NCBI GenBank assembly: GCA_965199915.1 | Contig: OZ241348.1 | Span: 4,622,414 to 4,686,413, forward strand | Direction: 5' to 3' | Source of the DNA: Candidatus Azotimanducaceae bacterium | GTDB taxonomy: Bacteria > Pseudomonadota > Gammaproteobacteria > Pseudomonadales > Azotimanducaceae | Length of the DNA stretch: 64,000 nucleotides | Part shown: positions 9,726 to 19,937 of the stretch, piece by piece | How the letters are laid out: each line of letters begins with the position of its first letter | Position numbering within the stretch: the first letter of the stretch is position 1 | The notes under the pieces: model-generated | Seen by the model: only the letters and a program-made list of their open reading frames with translations | Databases searched by the model: none | Told to the model about the DNA's origin: nothing | Made by a program: the position numbers and the translations under genes

Positions 9726-9980
9726 ATGCCGGTGTGGAAGCTGGGGGAGGCAAAAACGAAGCTGAGCAAGGTCGTGCGCCTCGCTGCGGCGGGTCGGCCG
9801 CAGCAAGTGACCGTGAGTGGCCGCCCTGCGGTGGTGGTGGTCTCGACCGACGAGTTCGACAGGCTCCGCGCTGCCAGCGTCGCACGGACGCTGCACGAAC
9901 TCCTGTCGCGGTCGCCGCTGAATCGCGTGGAGTTCGAGCGCGAACCCATCCAAGGGCCAGTGCGCGAGGTGGACATTTGA
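9726..9980 (+). CDS. Phd/YefM-type antitoxin
   Basis: MPVWKLGEAKTKLSKVVRLAAAGRPQQVTVSGRPAVVVVSTDEFDRL is the typical Phd/YefM N-terminal pattern. Its stop overlaps the start of the vapC-like gene. Confidence 0.8.
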   Translation: MPVWKLGEAKTKLSKVVRLAAAGRPQQVTVSGRPAVVVVSTDEFDRLRAASVARTLHELLSRSPLNRVEFEREPIQGPVREVDI

Positions 9981-10428
9981 GCGGGTGGTTGGTGGACACC
10001 AACGTCGTGTCCGAGTTGCGCAAGACCAACCCAACCCGACAGTGAAGGCTTGGTCTGACGCGCAGGCGTCGCACAGGTTCTTTCTGAGCACGGTTACCCT
10101 TGCGGAAATCCGCTATGGCATCGAACGTCAGCAAGACGCGGCGCTGCACGAGCAACTGAGCCTGTGGCTCGATCTGGAACTTCGGCCATGGTTCGCCGGC
10201 CGAATACTCGCCATTGACGAGGAAGTGCTTCTTGAGTGGCGACGCATGGTGGTGTCCGGGCGGTCGCGCGGCATCATCTTCAGCCATCCGGACGTGTTCA
10301 TTGCTGCAACGGCGCGGGTGCATGGCTTGGCCGTATGCACACGCGACGAGCGCGGCTTCCAAAGCGCGGGCATTTCCGTCCTGAATCCTTGGCGCATGTT
10401 CGCAACCCCGGGTTCCGGCAACGATTAG
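9977..10428 (+). pseudogene. vapC: VapC-type PIN-domain toxin, disrupted by a 1-nt frameshift
   Basis: Frame A from TTG 9977 gives SGWLVDTNVVSELRKTNPTRQ-stop (10043..10045). Frame B continues PNPTVKAWSDAQAS ... LAEIRYG ... FIAATARVHGLAVCTRDERGF to 10428. The switch lies in the aaccc-aaccc repeat at 10028..10037, consistent with a missing base. Confidence 0.8.
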
Positions 10429-10437
10429 CCGACCAAG

Positions 10438-11028
10438 GTGGGCAATGCAGTGGACGAACTGGTGTCAAGCACGGGCGGAGCGCAGCGTCCCTTGACCCGC
10501 GAAGAGCCGCGAGCACAAGAATTGCCACGAAAACCACCACCCGCCGAATCCCTTGCCGCCATCGCGGCCGGCATCCGGCAGGCCGCCACGCTCTACTACC
10601 AGTTGCTGCTGGTGGTGGGGCGCAGCGGAGCGGGCAAGACGCAAGCCTTGACGTCCGCAAGCAAGCCCGCCGGTGCCCTCGTGGTCAACGTGGGCTTGGA
10701 ACTCGCATCGCGTCTGCTCGAACGAACAACGCGGCAACGCCGCTTGGAGGTGCAGGGATTCCTTGAGGAGCTTGTTGCGACCGCCAGCGCGGCCAGCGGT
10801 GTGGCGCTGCTGGACAACATCGAGGTGCTGTTCGATGCCGATCTGCGACAGGACCCGCTCCGCTTGCTGCAAGCCGTCTCGCGCAACAGGACGGTGGTTG
10901 CCGCGTGGCCGGGGACGCTGCGCGGCGGCACGCTGCGCTATGCTCCGCCCCCACACCGCGAGTATCGAGAGTATCCGGCGCATGGCCTGTTGACGGTGGC
11001 GCTCGAACACGGCGACGAAACACCATGA
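10438..11028 (+). CDS. brxF: BREX type 3 P-loop protein BrxF-like
   Basis: 196 aa with Walker [14 protein letters not shown]. It is a small ATPase immediately upstream of, and overlapping (ATGA), the brxC-like gene. Confidence 0.7.
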   Translation: MGNAVDELVSSTGGAQRPLTREEPRAQELPRKPPPAESLAAIAAGIRQAATLYYQLLLVVGRSGAGKTQALTSASKPAGALVVNVGLELASRLLERTTRQRRLEVQGFLEELVATASAASGVALLDNIEVLFDADLRQDPLRLLQAVSRNRTVVAAWPGTLRGGTLRYAPPPHREYREYPAHGLLTVALEHGDETP

Positions 11029-14000
11029 AATACCGTGAACTGATTCAATTCGAGCCCATCGAGTCCGTGGTGCAGCTGCGCAACGCGAACCGTGCGGAGC
11101 ACGCCCGACGGCTGGTTGAGACCTACGTCGTTTCCGACGAAATGGCGGAGCGGCTAGCCAACCTAGCCATCCCCCACCTCCAGTTCGACCGGCCGGCGGA
11201 CAACAAGGGCCTCTTGGTGGTGGGCAACTACGGCACCGGCAAGTCGCACCTGATGTCCGTGGTTTCGGCGGTGGCGGAGAACGGCGACTTCGCAGCTTGC
11301 GTTGGCCAGGCGGAAGCGGCGGCCGCGCTGGCGCTAGTCGCCGGCAGATTCCAAGTGGTGCGCACCGAGATCGGCGCTTCCACCATGTCGTTGCGGGACA
11401 TTCTGACCGGCGAGCTGGAGCAGGGGTTGGAACGGGCGGGCGTGGAATACCGCTTTCCGCCCACCAGCCAAGTGGTGTCCAACAAGCACTGCTTTGAGGA
11501 GATGATGTCCGCGTTCCACCGCGCGTTCCCGGACCAGGGCCTGCTGCTGGTGGTGGACGAACTTCTGGACTATTTGCGCTCGCGCAAGGATCAGGAGCTC
11601 ATCTTGGACTTGAACTTCCTGCGCGAAATCGGCGAAGCGTGCAAAGACCTGCGCCTGCGCTTCATGGCCGGCGTGCAAGAGGCCATCTTCGACAACGAAC
11701 GCCTTGCCTTCGCCGCCGACTCCCTGCGCCGCGTGCAGGATCGCTTCGCGCAGATCGTCATCGCCAAGAGCGACGTGAAGTTCGTGGTGGCCGAACGGCT
11801 GCTGCGAAAGACCGCCGAGCAGCAAGCGAAGATACGCGACTATCTGACGCCGTTCGGGAAGTTCTACGAGCGCTTGAACGAAGGCATGGACGAGTATGTG
11901 CGCTTGTTCCCCGTCCATCCGCAGTACATCGACACTTTCGAGCGCGTGGCGGCTGCGGAAAAGCGCGAGGCTCTGCGCACGCTCTCCAATACCATGAAGG
12001 GGATGCTGGATGCCCATGTGCCCAACGACCACCCGGGTCTCATCGCCTACGACAGCTATTGGGGAAACCTGATCGGCAACCCGGCGTTCCGCGCCGTGCC
12101 GGACATCAAGGCCGTGATGGATTGCAGCGAGACGCTGGAAGGGCGCGTGCAGCAAGCGTTCACGCGCCCGGCGTACAAGCCGATGGCGTTGCGGCTGATC
12201 CATGCGCTTTCCGTGCATCGCCTGACGCAGAACGACATCCACGCCGCCCTGGGCGCCACCGCCAAGGAACTGCGCGACGGTCTGTGCCTGTACCAGCCGG
12301 GCATCGAGGACCTGGGCGGCGACCCCGCCGACGATTTGCTCACCCAAGTGGAAACCGTGCTCCGCGAAATCCACCGTACGGTGAACGGCCAGTTCATTTC
12401 CTCCAATGCGCACAATGGCCAGTTCTACTTGGATTTGCAGAAGACGGACGACTTCGACGCCCACATCGAGCGCCGCGCCGAGAGCCTGGACGCCTCAAAG
12501 CTGGACCGCTACTACTATGTGGCGCTGTGCCAGCTCATGGAGTGCTCGGACGAAACGTACGTGACCGGCTTCAACATCTGGGAACACGAGCTCACTTGGC
12601 TTGAGCGCAAGGCGGCGCGCAACGGCTACTTGTTCTTCGGCGCTCCGAACGAGCGATCCACGGCGGTGCCGCCGCGGGATTTCTACCTCTACTTCGTCCA
12701 GCCCTTCGAGCCGCCACGCTTCAAGGACGAACAGAAGGCCGACGAGGTCTTCTTCCATCTCGCCGGCATGGATGAGGACTTTCGCCAACCGCTACGCGCC
12801 TACGCCGCTGCTCTGGACCTCGCGGCGACATCCTCTGGCCACGCCAAGCACACTTACGAAAACAAGGCGGCCGAATCCCTGCGCGAACTGGTGAAGTGGT
12901 TGCGAACGCACATGGCGCAAGCGTTTCGCGTCACCCACCGAGGCCGTGCGCGGGCCATGCTTGATTGGGCCCGAGGCGGCAGGTCGTTGCGCGAACTGTC
13001 CGCAACCCCGGACGACGAACGCATCAACTTCCGCGACTTGGTGAACACCATCGCCGGCATCTGCCTGGCCCCCCACTTCGAGGATCAAGCGCCCGACTAC
13101 CCCGTGTTCTCGGTACACATCACCGGCGGCAACCGCGCTCAAGCCGCTCAAGACGCTCTACGCGCCATCGCCGGCCAGCATCGCAGCCGTCAGGCGACGG
13201 CAATTCTCGATGCCCTGGAACTGCTCGACGGCGACCGGCTAGCGCCGGAAAACTCGAAGTACGCCCAACACATCCTCAACGCGATGGCGGAAAAGGGGCA
13301 TGGTCGCGTGTTGAACCGGGTCGAGTTGATTCGCGACGAGCTCGGCGTGGAATACATGGCCCCGTCGCGGTTGCGGTTGGAACCGGAATGGGTGGCGGTG
13401 GTGTTGGCCACGCTCGTCTATTCCGGCCATGTGGTGTTGGCCACCACCGGCCGGAAGTTCGACGCGGTTGGATTGCCACAGTTGGCAGCCGTTGCCATCA
13501 GCGATCTGACCAGCTTCAAGCACATCGAGCGCCCCAAGGAGTGGAACCTGCCGGCATTGACCGCCCTCTTCGAGTTGCTCGAACTGGCGCCGGGGATGGC
13601 CCAGCTCATCACCCAAGGCAAGGACGAGCCGGTGCAGCAAATGCAGAAAGCGGCTGGCGCGACGGTTGAACAGCTGGTGGTCGCCGGCCAGCACCTGCGC
13701 GATGGCTTCGTATTCTGGGGCCGAACCTTGCTGACCGAAGACGAAGCCAAGCTACTGCACAGCCGGCTTGACAACGCCAAGGCGTTCCTGGAAGCGCTGC
13801 AACCCTACAACTCGCCCGGCAAGCTGAAGAACTTCCGCTACGAGGCCCAAGAGGTCGCCGCGCATCGCGACGGTTTTCAAGCCCTGCAGGAGGCGCAAGC
13901 GCTCGCCACGTTGTGCGCCGATCTGGGCACGCTGGCGTCCTATCTCGCAACTGCCGAAGCCGGATTGCCGACGGAGGGCAACTGGGCGGCCAAGGTGAAA

Positions 14001-14753
14001 GCCGCCAAGAACGACATCGCCGCCCAACTCGGCGATCCGAAGGCGCGGTCCGCCCCCAACTTCCGGCAGCAGACCAAACGCCGCCTTCTGCAACTCAAGG
14101 CGGAGTATGTGCGGGACTACTTGGCCCAGCACACGAGAGCGCGCCTTGGTGTGGAGGGCGACGAGCGCAAAGCGAAGCTGCTCGGCGATGTACGCTTGCG
14201 AACGCTGCAGCGCCTGACCGCCATCGACTTGATGCCGGAGCAGCATCTGAACAGCTGGCTCCGCCGGATCGTCGAGCTCGAGAGCTGTTTCGCGCTGACC
14301 GAGCAGGACTTGCAAGCCGCCCCGGCGTGCCCGCATTGCGGCTTCAAGGCAGGCACGGGGTCTGGCCCTTCCGCGGAGGCGATGCTCACCGGCTTGGACG
14401 CCGAGCTCGATGCCTTGACGGATGCTTGGACGCAAACGCTCTTGGCCAACTTGGACGACCCCGCGGCCAGGGCCAGCATGACGTTGCTGGAATCCGACGC
14501 GGCCAACTTGGTGGCCGAGTTCGCCCAAGCCGGCCGCTTGCCGGGCGAAGTAGGCGACGACTTCGTGCAAGCCTTGAAGGATGTGCTCTCCGGCCTAGAG
14601 AAGGTCTCGGTGACCACCGAGAGCCTCCGCGCCGCCCTGCTCGCCGGCGGCGTGCCCGCCAAACCGGAGGAGATGAAGCAGCGCTTCGGTGCGTATGTGG
14701 ACGGGTTGGTGAAGGGCAAGACGCCCAGCAAGACGCGGATTGTGGTGGAATAG
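11025..14753 (+). CDS. brxC: BREX ATPase BrxC/PglY-like (DUF6079-type)
   Basis: 1242 aa from ATG 11025. [38 protein letters not shown] ... [16 protein letters not shown] (Walker A). Size and N-terminal pattern are typical of BREX BrxC. Confidence 0.8.
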   Translation: MKYRELIQFEPIESVVQLRNANRAEHARRLVETYVVSDEMAERLANLAIPHLQFDRPADNKGLLVVGNYGTGKSHLMSVVSAVAENGDFAACVGQAEAAAALALVAGRFQVVRTEIGASTMSLRDILTGELEQGLERAGVEYRFPPTSQVVSNKHCFEEMMSAFHRAFPDQGLLLVVDELLDYLRSRKDQELILDLNFLREIGEACKDLRLRFMAGVQEAIFDNERLAFAADSLRRVQDRFAQIVIAKSDVKFVVAERLLRKTAEQQAKIRDYLTPFGKFYERLNEGMDEYVRLFPVHPQYIDTFERVAAAEKREALRTLSNTMKGMLDAHVPNDHPGLIAYDSYWGNLIGNPAFRAVPDIKAVMDCSETLEGRVQQAFTRPAYKPMALRLIHALSVHRLTQNDIHAALGATAKELRDGLCLYQPGIEDLGGDPADDLLTQVETVLREIHRTVNGQFISSNAHNGQFYLDLQKTDDFDAHIERRAESLDASKLDRYYYVALCQLMECSDETYVTGFNIWEHELTWLERKAARNGYLFFGAPNERSTAVPPRDFYLYFVQPFEPPRFKDEQKADEVFFHLAGMDEDFRQPLRAYAAALDLAATSSGHAKHTYENKAAESLRELVKWLRTHMAQAFRVTHRGRARAMLDWARGGRSLRELSATPDDERINFRDLVNTIAGICLAPHFEDQAPDYPVFSVHITGGNRAQAAQDALRAIAGQHRSRQATAILDALELLDGDRLAPENSKYAQHILNAMAEKGHGRVLNRVELIRDELGVEYMAPSRLRLEPEWVAVVLATLVYSGHVVLATTGRKFDAVGLPQLAAVAISDLTSFKHIERPKEWNLPALTALFELLELAPGMAQLITQGKDEPVQQMQKAAGATVEQLVVAGQHLRDGFVFWGRTLLTEDEAKLLHSRLDNAKAFLEALQPYNSPGKLKNFRYEAQEVAAHRDGFQALQEAQALATLCADLGTLASYLATAEAGLPTEGNWAAKVKAAKNDIAAQLGDPKARSAPNFRQQTKRRLLQLKAEYVRDYLAQHTRARLGVEGDERKAKLLGDVRLRTLQRLTAIDLMPEQHLNSWLRRIVELESCFALTEQDLQAAPACPHCGFKAGTGSGPSAEAMLTGLDAELDALTDAWTQTLLANLDDPAARASMTLLESDAANLVAEFAQAGRLPGEVGDDFVQALKDVLSGLEKVSVTTESLRAALLAGGVPAKPEEMKQRFGAYVDGLVKGKTPSKTRIVVE

Positions 14754-14757
14754 CCAC

Positions 14758-16668
14758 ATGACCCGTGAAGAGCTAGTCGAGCGCCTGCGGAAATACGAGT
14801 GGTCGGACATCGAGTTCAAGCAAGCTCGCCGAGGCGTTCCACAGGACGCCTACAAGACCGTTTCCGCATTCGCCAACACCGCTGGCGGCTGGCTTGTGTT
14901 TGGCGTCCGCGACTCCAGCGGCACCTTGGATGTGGTTGGCGTGGTGGAAGTGGACAAGGTGCAGAACGACTTCCTGAGCACCCTCCGGGCTGGCAACAAG
15001 CTGAACCGCGTGATCGCGGTGGACGAGCAAGCCGAGGAAATGGATGGCAAGACCTTGCTGGTGTTCCACGTTCCCGAGTCGCCGAGGGGCGACAAGCCGG
15101 TCTACCTCGGCGGCGACATTCGCGAGTCCTACATCCGTCGCGGCGCTGGCGACGAGCGTTGCACGATGCCGGAGATCGAGCGGTTCCTGCGCGATGCCGC
15201 CGCCGACTACGACGGCCAAGTGGTGGACTTGGACGCCGAGCGGTTCTTCGACCCCGATTCCCTGGGTTGGTATCGCCGCGTATTCGACGATCGCAATCCC
15301 GGCCGGCGACGAGAGCTGCCGGACATGGAGTTCCTGCACGAGTGGGGCTTTGTCGTCGAGCGTGGCGGCCGTCTCGCGCCTACGCTGGCGGCGGTGTTGG
15401 TGTTGGGCAGAGGGCGCTATGTGCGCCAAGTCTTGCACCGGCCGGTGGTGGATTGCCAGTTCATCGACTCTACTTTCGATGCTTGGCCGCCCGATCTGCG
15501 CTGGAGCGATCGCGTCGTGGTCGAGGAAAACTTGGTGCAGGCATGGCTCATACTTTCCGAGCGCTATGTGCGGCGGGCCGACCGCCCGTTCCGCATCGAC
15601 CCGGCGACGCTGCGGCGCGATGACGACCCGCCGGACTACATATCCTTCCGGGAGTCGGCCATCAACCTGCTGCTCCATCAGGACTACGGCGATCAGGGGC
15701 GGCACGCCAGCATCCGTCTGTTTCGGGATCGGATGGAGTTCCGCAATCCAGGGGACGCCTTCGCGACCATAGATGAGCTCTTGGAACCCGGCGCCAAGGA
15801 CGAGCGTAATCCGAAAATCGTCGCGGCGTTCCGCCGGCTAGGCCTGAGCGAACAGGCAGGCGCCGGCATCCGGGCGATTTTCCGCAACTGGCAGGCGTTG
15901 GGCCATGTGCCACCGATGATCGACAACGACAAGACGAAAAAAGCCTTTGAGGTATGCCTCGTACGGGAAACGCTGCTGAGCGAGGAGCAACGTCTCTTCC
16001 AGTCCCGCTTGGGGCTGCGCTTGAACGACGCGCAAGCGCGGGTGTTCGCCTTTGCCTGCCGTCAGGGGCGCGTTTCGCTTGTTGACGCGAAGGCGGTGAC
16101 AGGGTGGAGCGGTGCGGAAGCATCCGCCACCTTGGAGGCGCTCCAAGTGCAGAGCGTGTTGCAGCCCCTGCAGGAGGGGTCGTACAGACTTGCGGAGCAC
16201 CTTGAAGGGCATGCCGACCTCCCGCTGCTTGGTCAGTCCGAGAGTGACCAAGTACGCGGCAGCCCCAGCGACTTAGGCAGTGACTTGGTCACTGACCCAC
16301 CTGACGCAGTGGACATCGATGCCATGTCCACTGCACAAGTAGCCCATAGGCCAAGCTCCATGTCCACTGAACATGGGAGCGATGTTCACATGCCGGCTGC
16401 CGCACTTTCCGACATCCAATGGCGCATCGTGGCCTCTTGCGACGTGCCCCGCCTGCTGGCCGAGATCATGGATGATCTCGGTGTCGTCAACCGCGGCTAC
16501 TTCAAGAAAACGCACCTAGACCCGTTGATCCGCGCAGGCTTCATCGCCTTGACGAATCCGGCCCAGCCGCGAGCGCCCAGCCAGCGGTACATGCTGACCG
16601 AGGCCGGGGTGGAGTTGAAGACATCCCGCCTCCTCCTCACAGGCGATGAGAACGTTGGCCCAGACTGA
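14758..16668 (+). CDS. AlbA_2/Schlafen-type putative DNA-binding protein with RecG-C-terminal-like (HATPase_c_4) and winged-helix regions
   Basis: EWSDIEFKQARRGVP ... SAFANTAGGWLVFGVRD (AlbA_2 pattern). ERNPKIVAAFRRLGLSEQAGAGIRAI (HATPase_c_4-like). C-terminal KKTHLDPLIRAGFIALTNP..SQRYMLTEAG (wHTH-like). Starts 5 nt after the brxC stop. Confidence 0.65.
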   Translation: MTREELVERLRKYEWSDIEFKQARRGVPQDAYKTVSAFANTAGGWLVFGVRDSSGTLDVVGVVEVDKVQNDFLSTLRAGNKLNRVIAVDEQAEEMDGKTLLVFHVPESPRGDKPVYLGGDIRESYIRRGAGDERCTMPEIERFLRDAAADYDGQVVDLDAERFFDPDSLGWYRRVFDDRNPGRRRELPDMEFLHEWGFVVERGGRLAPTLAAVLVLGRGRYVRQVLHRPVVDCQFIDSTFDAWPPDLRWSDRVVVEENLVQAWLILSERYVRRADRPFRIDPATLRRDDDPPDYISFRESAINLLLHQDYGDQGRHASIRLFRDRMEFRNPGDAFATIDELLEPGAKDERNPKIVAAFRRLGLSEQAGAGIRAIFRNWQALGHVPPMIDNDKTKKAFEVCLVRETLLSEEQRLFQSRLGLRLNDAQARVFAFACRQGRVSLVDAKAVTGWSGAEASATLEALQVQSVLQPLQEGSYRLAEHLEGHADLPLLGQSESDQVRGSPSDLGSDLVTDPPDAVDIDAMSTAQVAHRPSSMSTEHGSDVHMPAAALSDIQWRIVASCDVPRLLAEIMDDLGVVNRGYFKKTHLDPLIRAGFIALTNPAQPRAPSQRYMLTEAGVELKTSRLLLTGDENVGPD

Positions 16669-19444
16669 AGATTCCAGCCTGTTGCCCGATGCGCCAACCG
16701 CGGACCGAAAGGGCCCCGTCGAGTGCTTCGGCATGATGTTCGACTCCGACGATGACCGGCGGAGCTATTTCCTCGCCCGACTGAAGGCGAAACTCCCCGA
16801 CTTGCGGCAGCGCACGGACTTTCCCATCGGCGAAGACGAGGACATCCTGCGCCTTTCGGACCCGCCCTACTACACGGCCTGCCCCAACCCGTTCCTCGCC
16901 GAGTTCGTGGAACACCACGGCAAGCCCTACGACCCCGACGAGCCGTACCATCGGGAGCCTTTCGCCGTGGACGTGAGCGTGGGCAAGACCGATCCGCTCT
17001 ACAAGGCCCACGGCTACCACACCAAGGTGCCCCACCGCGCCATCGTGCCGTCCATCCTCCACTACACGGTGCCGGGCGACGTTGTGCTCGATGGCTTCTG
17101 CGGATCCGGGATGACTGGCGTTGCCGCCCAATGGTGCGGCACGGCGCCGCGCGAATACCGCATGGAGTTGGAGCAGCAGTGGAGGAAGGAGGGCCGGCAA
17201 CCGCCCAAGTGGGGCGCTCGGCGAGCTATTCTCGGCGACCTCTCCCCGGCTGCCACCTTCATTGCCGCCAACTACAACATTCCCTTTGACGTGGATGCGT
17301 TCGCAGACGCCGCGCAGAAGCTCTTGGACGACGTCGAGGAAGAGATCGGCTGGATGTACGAGACGCAGCACACGGACGGGAAGACGAAGGGGCGGATCCG
17401 CTACACCGTATGGAGCGAGTGCTTTACCTGCCCGGCGTGCGCGGAAGAAATCGTGTACACCGAACAAGCGCTTGACAGCGCCACCGGTAGGATAAAACCT
17501 GCGTTCCCGTGCCCCAATTGTGGTGCCACATTGACGAAGAGGCAGCTCAATCGTTCCTATTTGTCCACCCGCGACGCCGCGCTCGGCAACGTGGTGAAGA
17601 CGACGAAACGAGTACCCGTTTCCATCGTCTACGCCGCGAATGGCCAAGTTTGCGCGAAGGCACCGGACGAGGGCGATGTGGCAAGGCTGCGCGAGATCGA
17701 GGACCTGCCGGTTCCGGCTGACCTCCCGGTGGACGCGATGATGCACAAGCCGGCTGGAGAAGTTTGGGGGGACCAATGGCGAAAGGGCGTGTCGTCATTT
17801 ACGCATGTTCACCACCTGTTCCTACCGCGTGCGCAACATTCCCTCTCGGCAATATGGCGGCGCGCGACCGAGTGCCCAGACAACCGACAACGAAACATGC
17901 TCCTGTTTCTAACGGAGCAGGCAATTGTTGGCATGTCGTTGCAGAACAGGTACGGACCCTTGCACTATTCGCAAGTCAACCGCCACATGGCCGGCCGTGT
18001 GCAGGTCAGCTCCCAGCACTCCGAACCAACGCCCTGGTATGTGCTTGGCGGAAAGCTAGGGCGCTTGACGAAGACTTTTCGACAAAACCCGTTCCACGAC
18101 GCCACAATTGGATTGACGACCGCGGACTGTTCCAATCTGCCCCTCCTCGACAATTCGGTGGATTATGTTTTCACCGATCCCCCCTTCGGCGACAATTTGG
18201 CCTACAGCGAGCTCAATTTCCTCAACGAATCCTTTCTGCGCGCCTTCACGCGAAACAAGCCGGAAGCCATCGTCAGCCGAACGCAGCGGAAGGACGCCGC
18301 CGCCTATCAGCGCCTCATGCAACGCTGCTTCCAAGAGTGTCAACGAGTGCTCAAGCCGGGCCGCTGGATGACGCTGGTCTTCCACAATTCGAGAAACGCC
18401 ATCTGGAACGCCGTCCAAGAGGCCATGATGGCCGCCGGCTTCGTCGTCGCCGACGTCAGAGTTCTGGACAAGCGGCAGGGGACGTTCAACCAAGTCAAGG
18501 CGTCCCAAGCCGTCAAGCAGGACCTCGTGATCTCCGCCTACAAGCCGAACGGCGGCCTGGAGAAGAGATTCCAGCTAGCGGCCGGCACTGAGGAAGGCGT
18601 TTGGGACTTCGTCCGCACGCATCTCGGTCGCCTTCCTTTGTTCGTGGAGAGAGATGGCAGCGTGGAGGTCGTGTCGGAGCGCCAAGACTACCTCTTGTAC
18701 GACCGCATGGTCGCCTTCCACGTCCTGCGCGGTGTCACCGTGCCGCTGTCCGCCGCCGAGTTCTACGAGGCCCTCCGCCAACGCTTCGCGCAGCGAGACG
18801 GCATGTGCTTTCTTCCGGAGCAAGTCGTCGAGTACGACCGCAGGCGCGCAAAAGCAAACGGCGTACTGCAGCTCGAACTCTTTGTCAAAGACGAAGAGAC
18901 GGCGATCCAGTGGCTGCGCCACCAACTCGACAAGAAGCCGCAGACCTTCCAGGACATCCACCCCGCCTACATCCAAGAGCTCGGCGGCTGGGCCAAACAC
19001 GAGAAGATGCTGGAACTCTCCCGCCTGCTCAAGGAAAACTTCCTCCACTACGACGGCACCGGCGAAGTGCCCCCGCAGATCCACACCTACCTCTCGACCA
19101 ACTTCAAGGACCTTCGCAACCTCTCGAAGGACGCCCTCGCCCTCCGAACCAAGGCGAAGGCTCGCTGGTACGTCCCGGACCCCCACAAAGCCGCCGATTT
19201 GGAGAAGCTCCGCGAACGCACGCTGCTTCGCGAGTTCGCGGAGTACCAAAACGCAGACCTGCGCCGCCTCAAGGTCTTCCGCTTGGAAGCCATCCGCGCC
19301 GGCTTCCGCCGCGCCTGGCAGGAACAAGACTACGCCACGATCGTTGCCGTGGGCGGGAAGATCCCCAGCGGCGTCATCCAAGAGGATCCGAAGCTCCTCA
19401 TGTGGCTAGACCAAGCGACTGTTCGCCAAGAACAGGCAGTGTAG
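16646..19444 (+). CDS. pglX: BREX methyltransferase PglXI-like (N6/N4 DNA methylase)
   Basis: 932 aa. SAM-binding motif VLDGFCGSGMTGVAA and catalytic VDYVFTDPPFGDNLAY. Start is uncertain: it overlaps the previous gene by 23 nt, with an alternative ATG near 16733. Confidence 0.8.
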   Translation: MRTLAQTEDSSLLPDAPTADRKGPVECFGMMFDSDDDRRSYFLARLKAKLPDLRQRTDFPIGEDEDILRLSDPPYYTACPNPFLAEFVEHHGKPYDPDEPYHREPFAVDVSVGKTDPLYKAHGYHTKVPHRAIVPSILHYTVPGDVVLDGFCGSGMTGVAAQWCGTAPREYRMELEQQWRKEGRQPPKWGARRAILGDLSPAATFIAANYNIPFDVDAFADAAQKLLDDVEEEIGWMYETQHTDGKTKGRIRYTVWSECFTCPACAEEIVYTEQALDSATGRIKPAFPCPNCGATLTKRQLNRSYLSTRDAALGNVVKTTKRVPVSIVYAANGQVCAKAPDEGDVARLREIEDLPVPADLPVDAMMHKPAGEVWGDQWRKGVSSFTHVHHLFLPRAQHSLSAIWRRATECPDNRQRNMLLFLTEQAIVGMSLQNRYGPLHYSQVNRHMAGRVQVSSQHSEPTPWYVLGGKLGRLTKTFRQNPFHDATIGLTTADCSNLPLLDNSVDYVFTDPPFGDNLAYSELNFLNESFLRAFTRNKPEAIVSRTQRKDAAAYQRLMQRCFQECQRVLKPGRWMTLVFHNSRNAIWNAVQEAMMAAGFVVADVRVLDKRQGTFNQVKASQAVKQDLVISAYKPNGGLEKRFQLAAGTEEGVWDFVRTHLGRLPLFVERDGSVEVVSERQDYLLYDRMVAFHVLRGVTVPLSAAEFYEALRQRFAQRDGMCFLPEQVVEYDRRRAKANGVLQLELFVKDEETAIQWLRHQLDKKPQTFQDIHPAYIQELGGWAKHEKMLELSRLLKENFLHYDGTGEVPPQIHTYLSTNFKDLRNLSKDALALRTKAKARWYVPDPHKAADLEKLRERTLLREFAEYQNADLRRLKVFRLEAIRAGFRRAWQEQDYATIVAVGGKIPSGVIQEDPKLLMWLDQATVRQEQAV

Positions 19445-19446
19445 TC

Positions 19447-19920
19447 ATGGTGCCTGAACCGAGCGTAACCGCGCTTTCGCCTAACGACGTGTCGGACGTT
19501 GAGGCGCTCCGGGCTATGAACAACGAGACCTTGGGCTTCATGGCTATGTCAGTAATCGAAGGCTACCTGAGAAAGGGCGGCGGAGTTGGCATTCGGGGCG
19601 ATGATGGCCTTCGTGGCTATGCCCTCTACGCAGTTCACCGCCATCATGTTCGGCTCATCCACCTCTGCGTCGCAGACCAATACCGGGGTTCGAGTTATGC
19701 AGAGCGCCTTACCGATGCGGTAGTTGATGCAGCGAAGCAGGCGAGGGTCGGCACCGTCAAGCTGACCAAGCATCCATCGCGAAAGGGTTGCAGGCGGACT
19801 TTGTCACCGGTGCTCTTGAGCTGTACATTGCAAAAGAGGTGTTCAATGAGATTAATCGAGCCGGGTCAGACCAACGTGCGCGGTCGCGGGACATCGCGCG
19901 AGCTTATCCTCATCAACTGA
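19447..19920 (+). CDS. GNAT-like N-acetyltransferase domain protein
   Basis: ATG 2 nt after the pglX stop. RLIHLCVADQYRGSSYAERLTDAVVDAAKQ resembles GNAT motif A (Q-x-x-G-x-S/A). The C-terminal 50 aa look non-GNAT and overlap the next ORF, so a frameshift or fusion is possible. Confidence 0.5.
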   Translation: MVPEPSVTALSPNDVSDVEALRAMNNETLGFMAMSVIEGYLRKGGGVGIRGDDGLRGYALYAVHRHHVRLIHLCVADQYRGSSYAERLTDAVVDAAKQARVGTVKLTKHPSRKGCRRTLSPVLLSCTLQKRCSMRLIEPGQTNVRGRGTSRELILIN

Positions 19921-19937
19921 CTCACGATGCTGGCAAA

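Noticed and set aside
10905-11024. N-terminal extension of brxC (track start 10905) and similar extensions of mreB (to 5316), comM (to 36820), amtB (from 38137) and cysNC (from 25034).
   Set aside because: The extensions overlap upstream genes and lack family-like sequence. The conserved N-termini begin at the internal start codons used in the feature list.
18601-19446. Upstream 280 aa of the 439-aa ORF 18601..19920.
   Set aside because: This is an out-of-frame overlap with the 3' end of pglX, with Arg/Pro-rich shadow composition. Only the segment after ATG 19447 looks protein-like.
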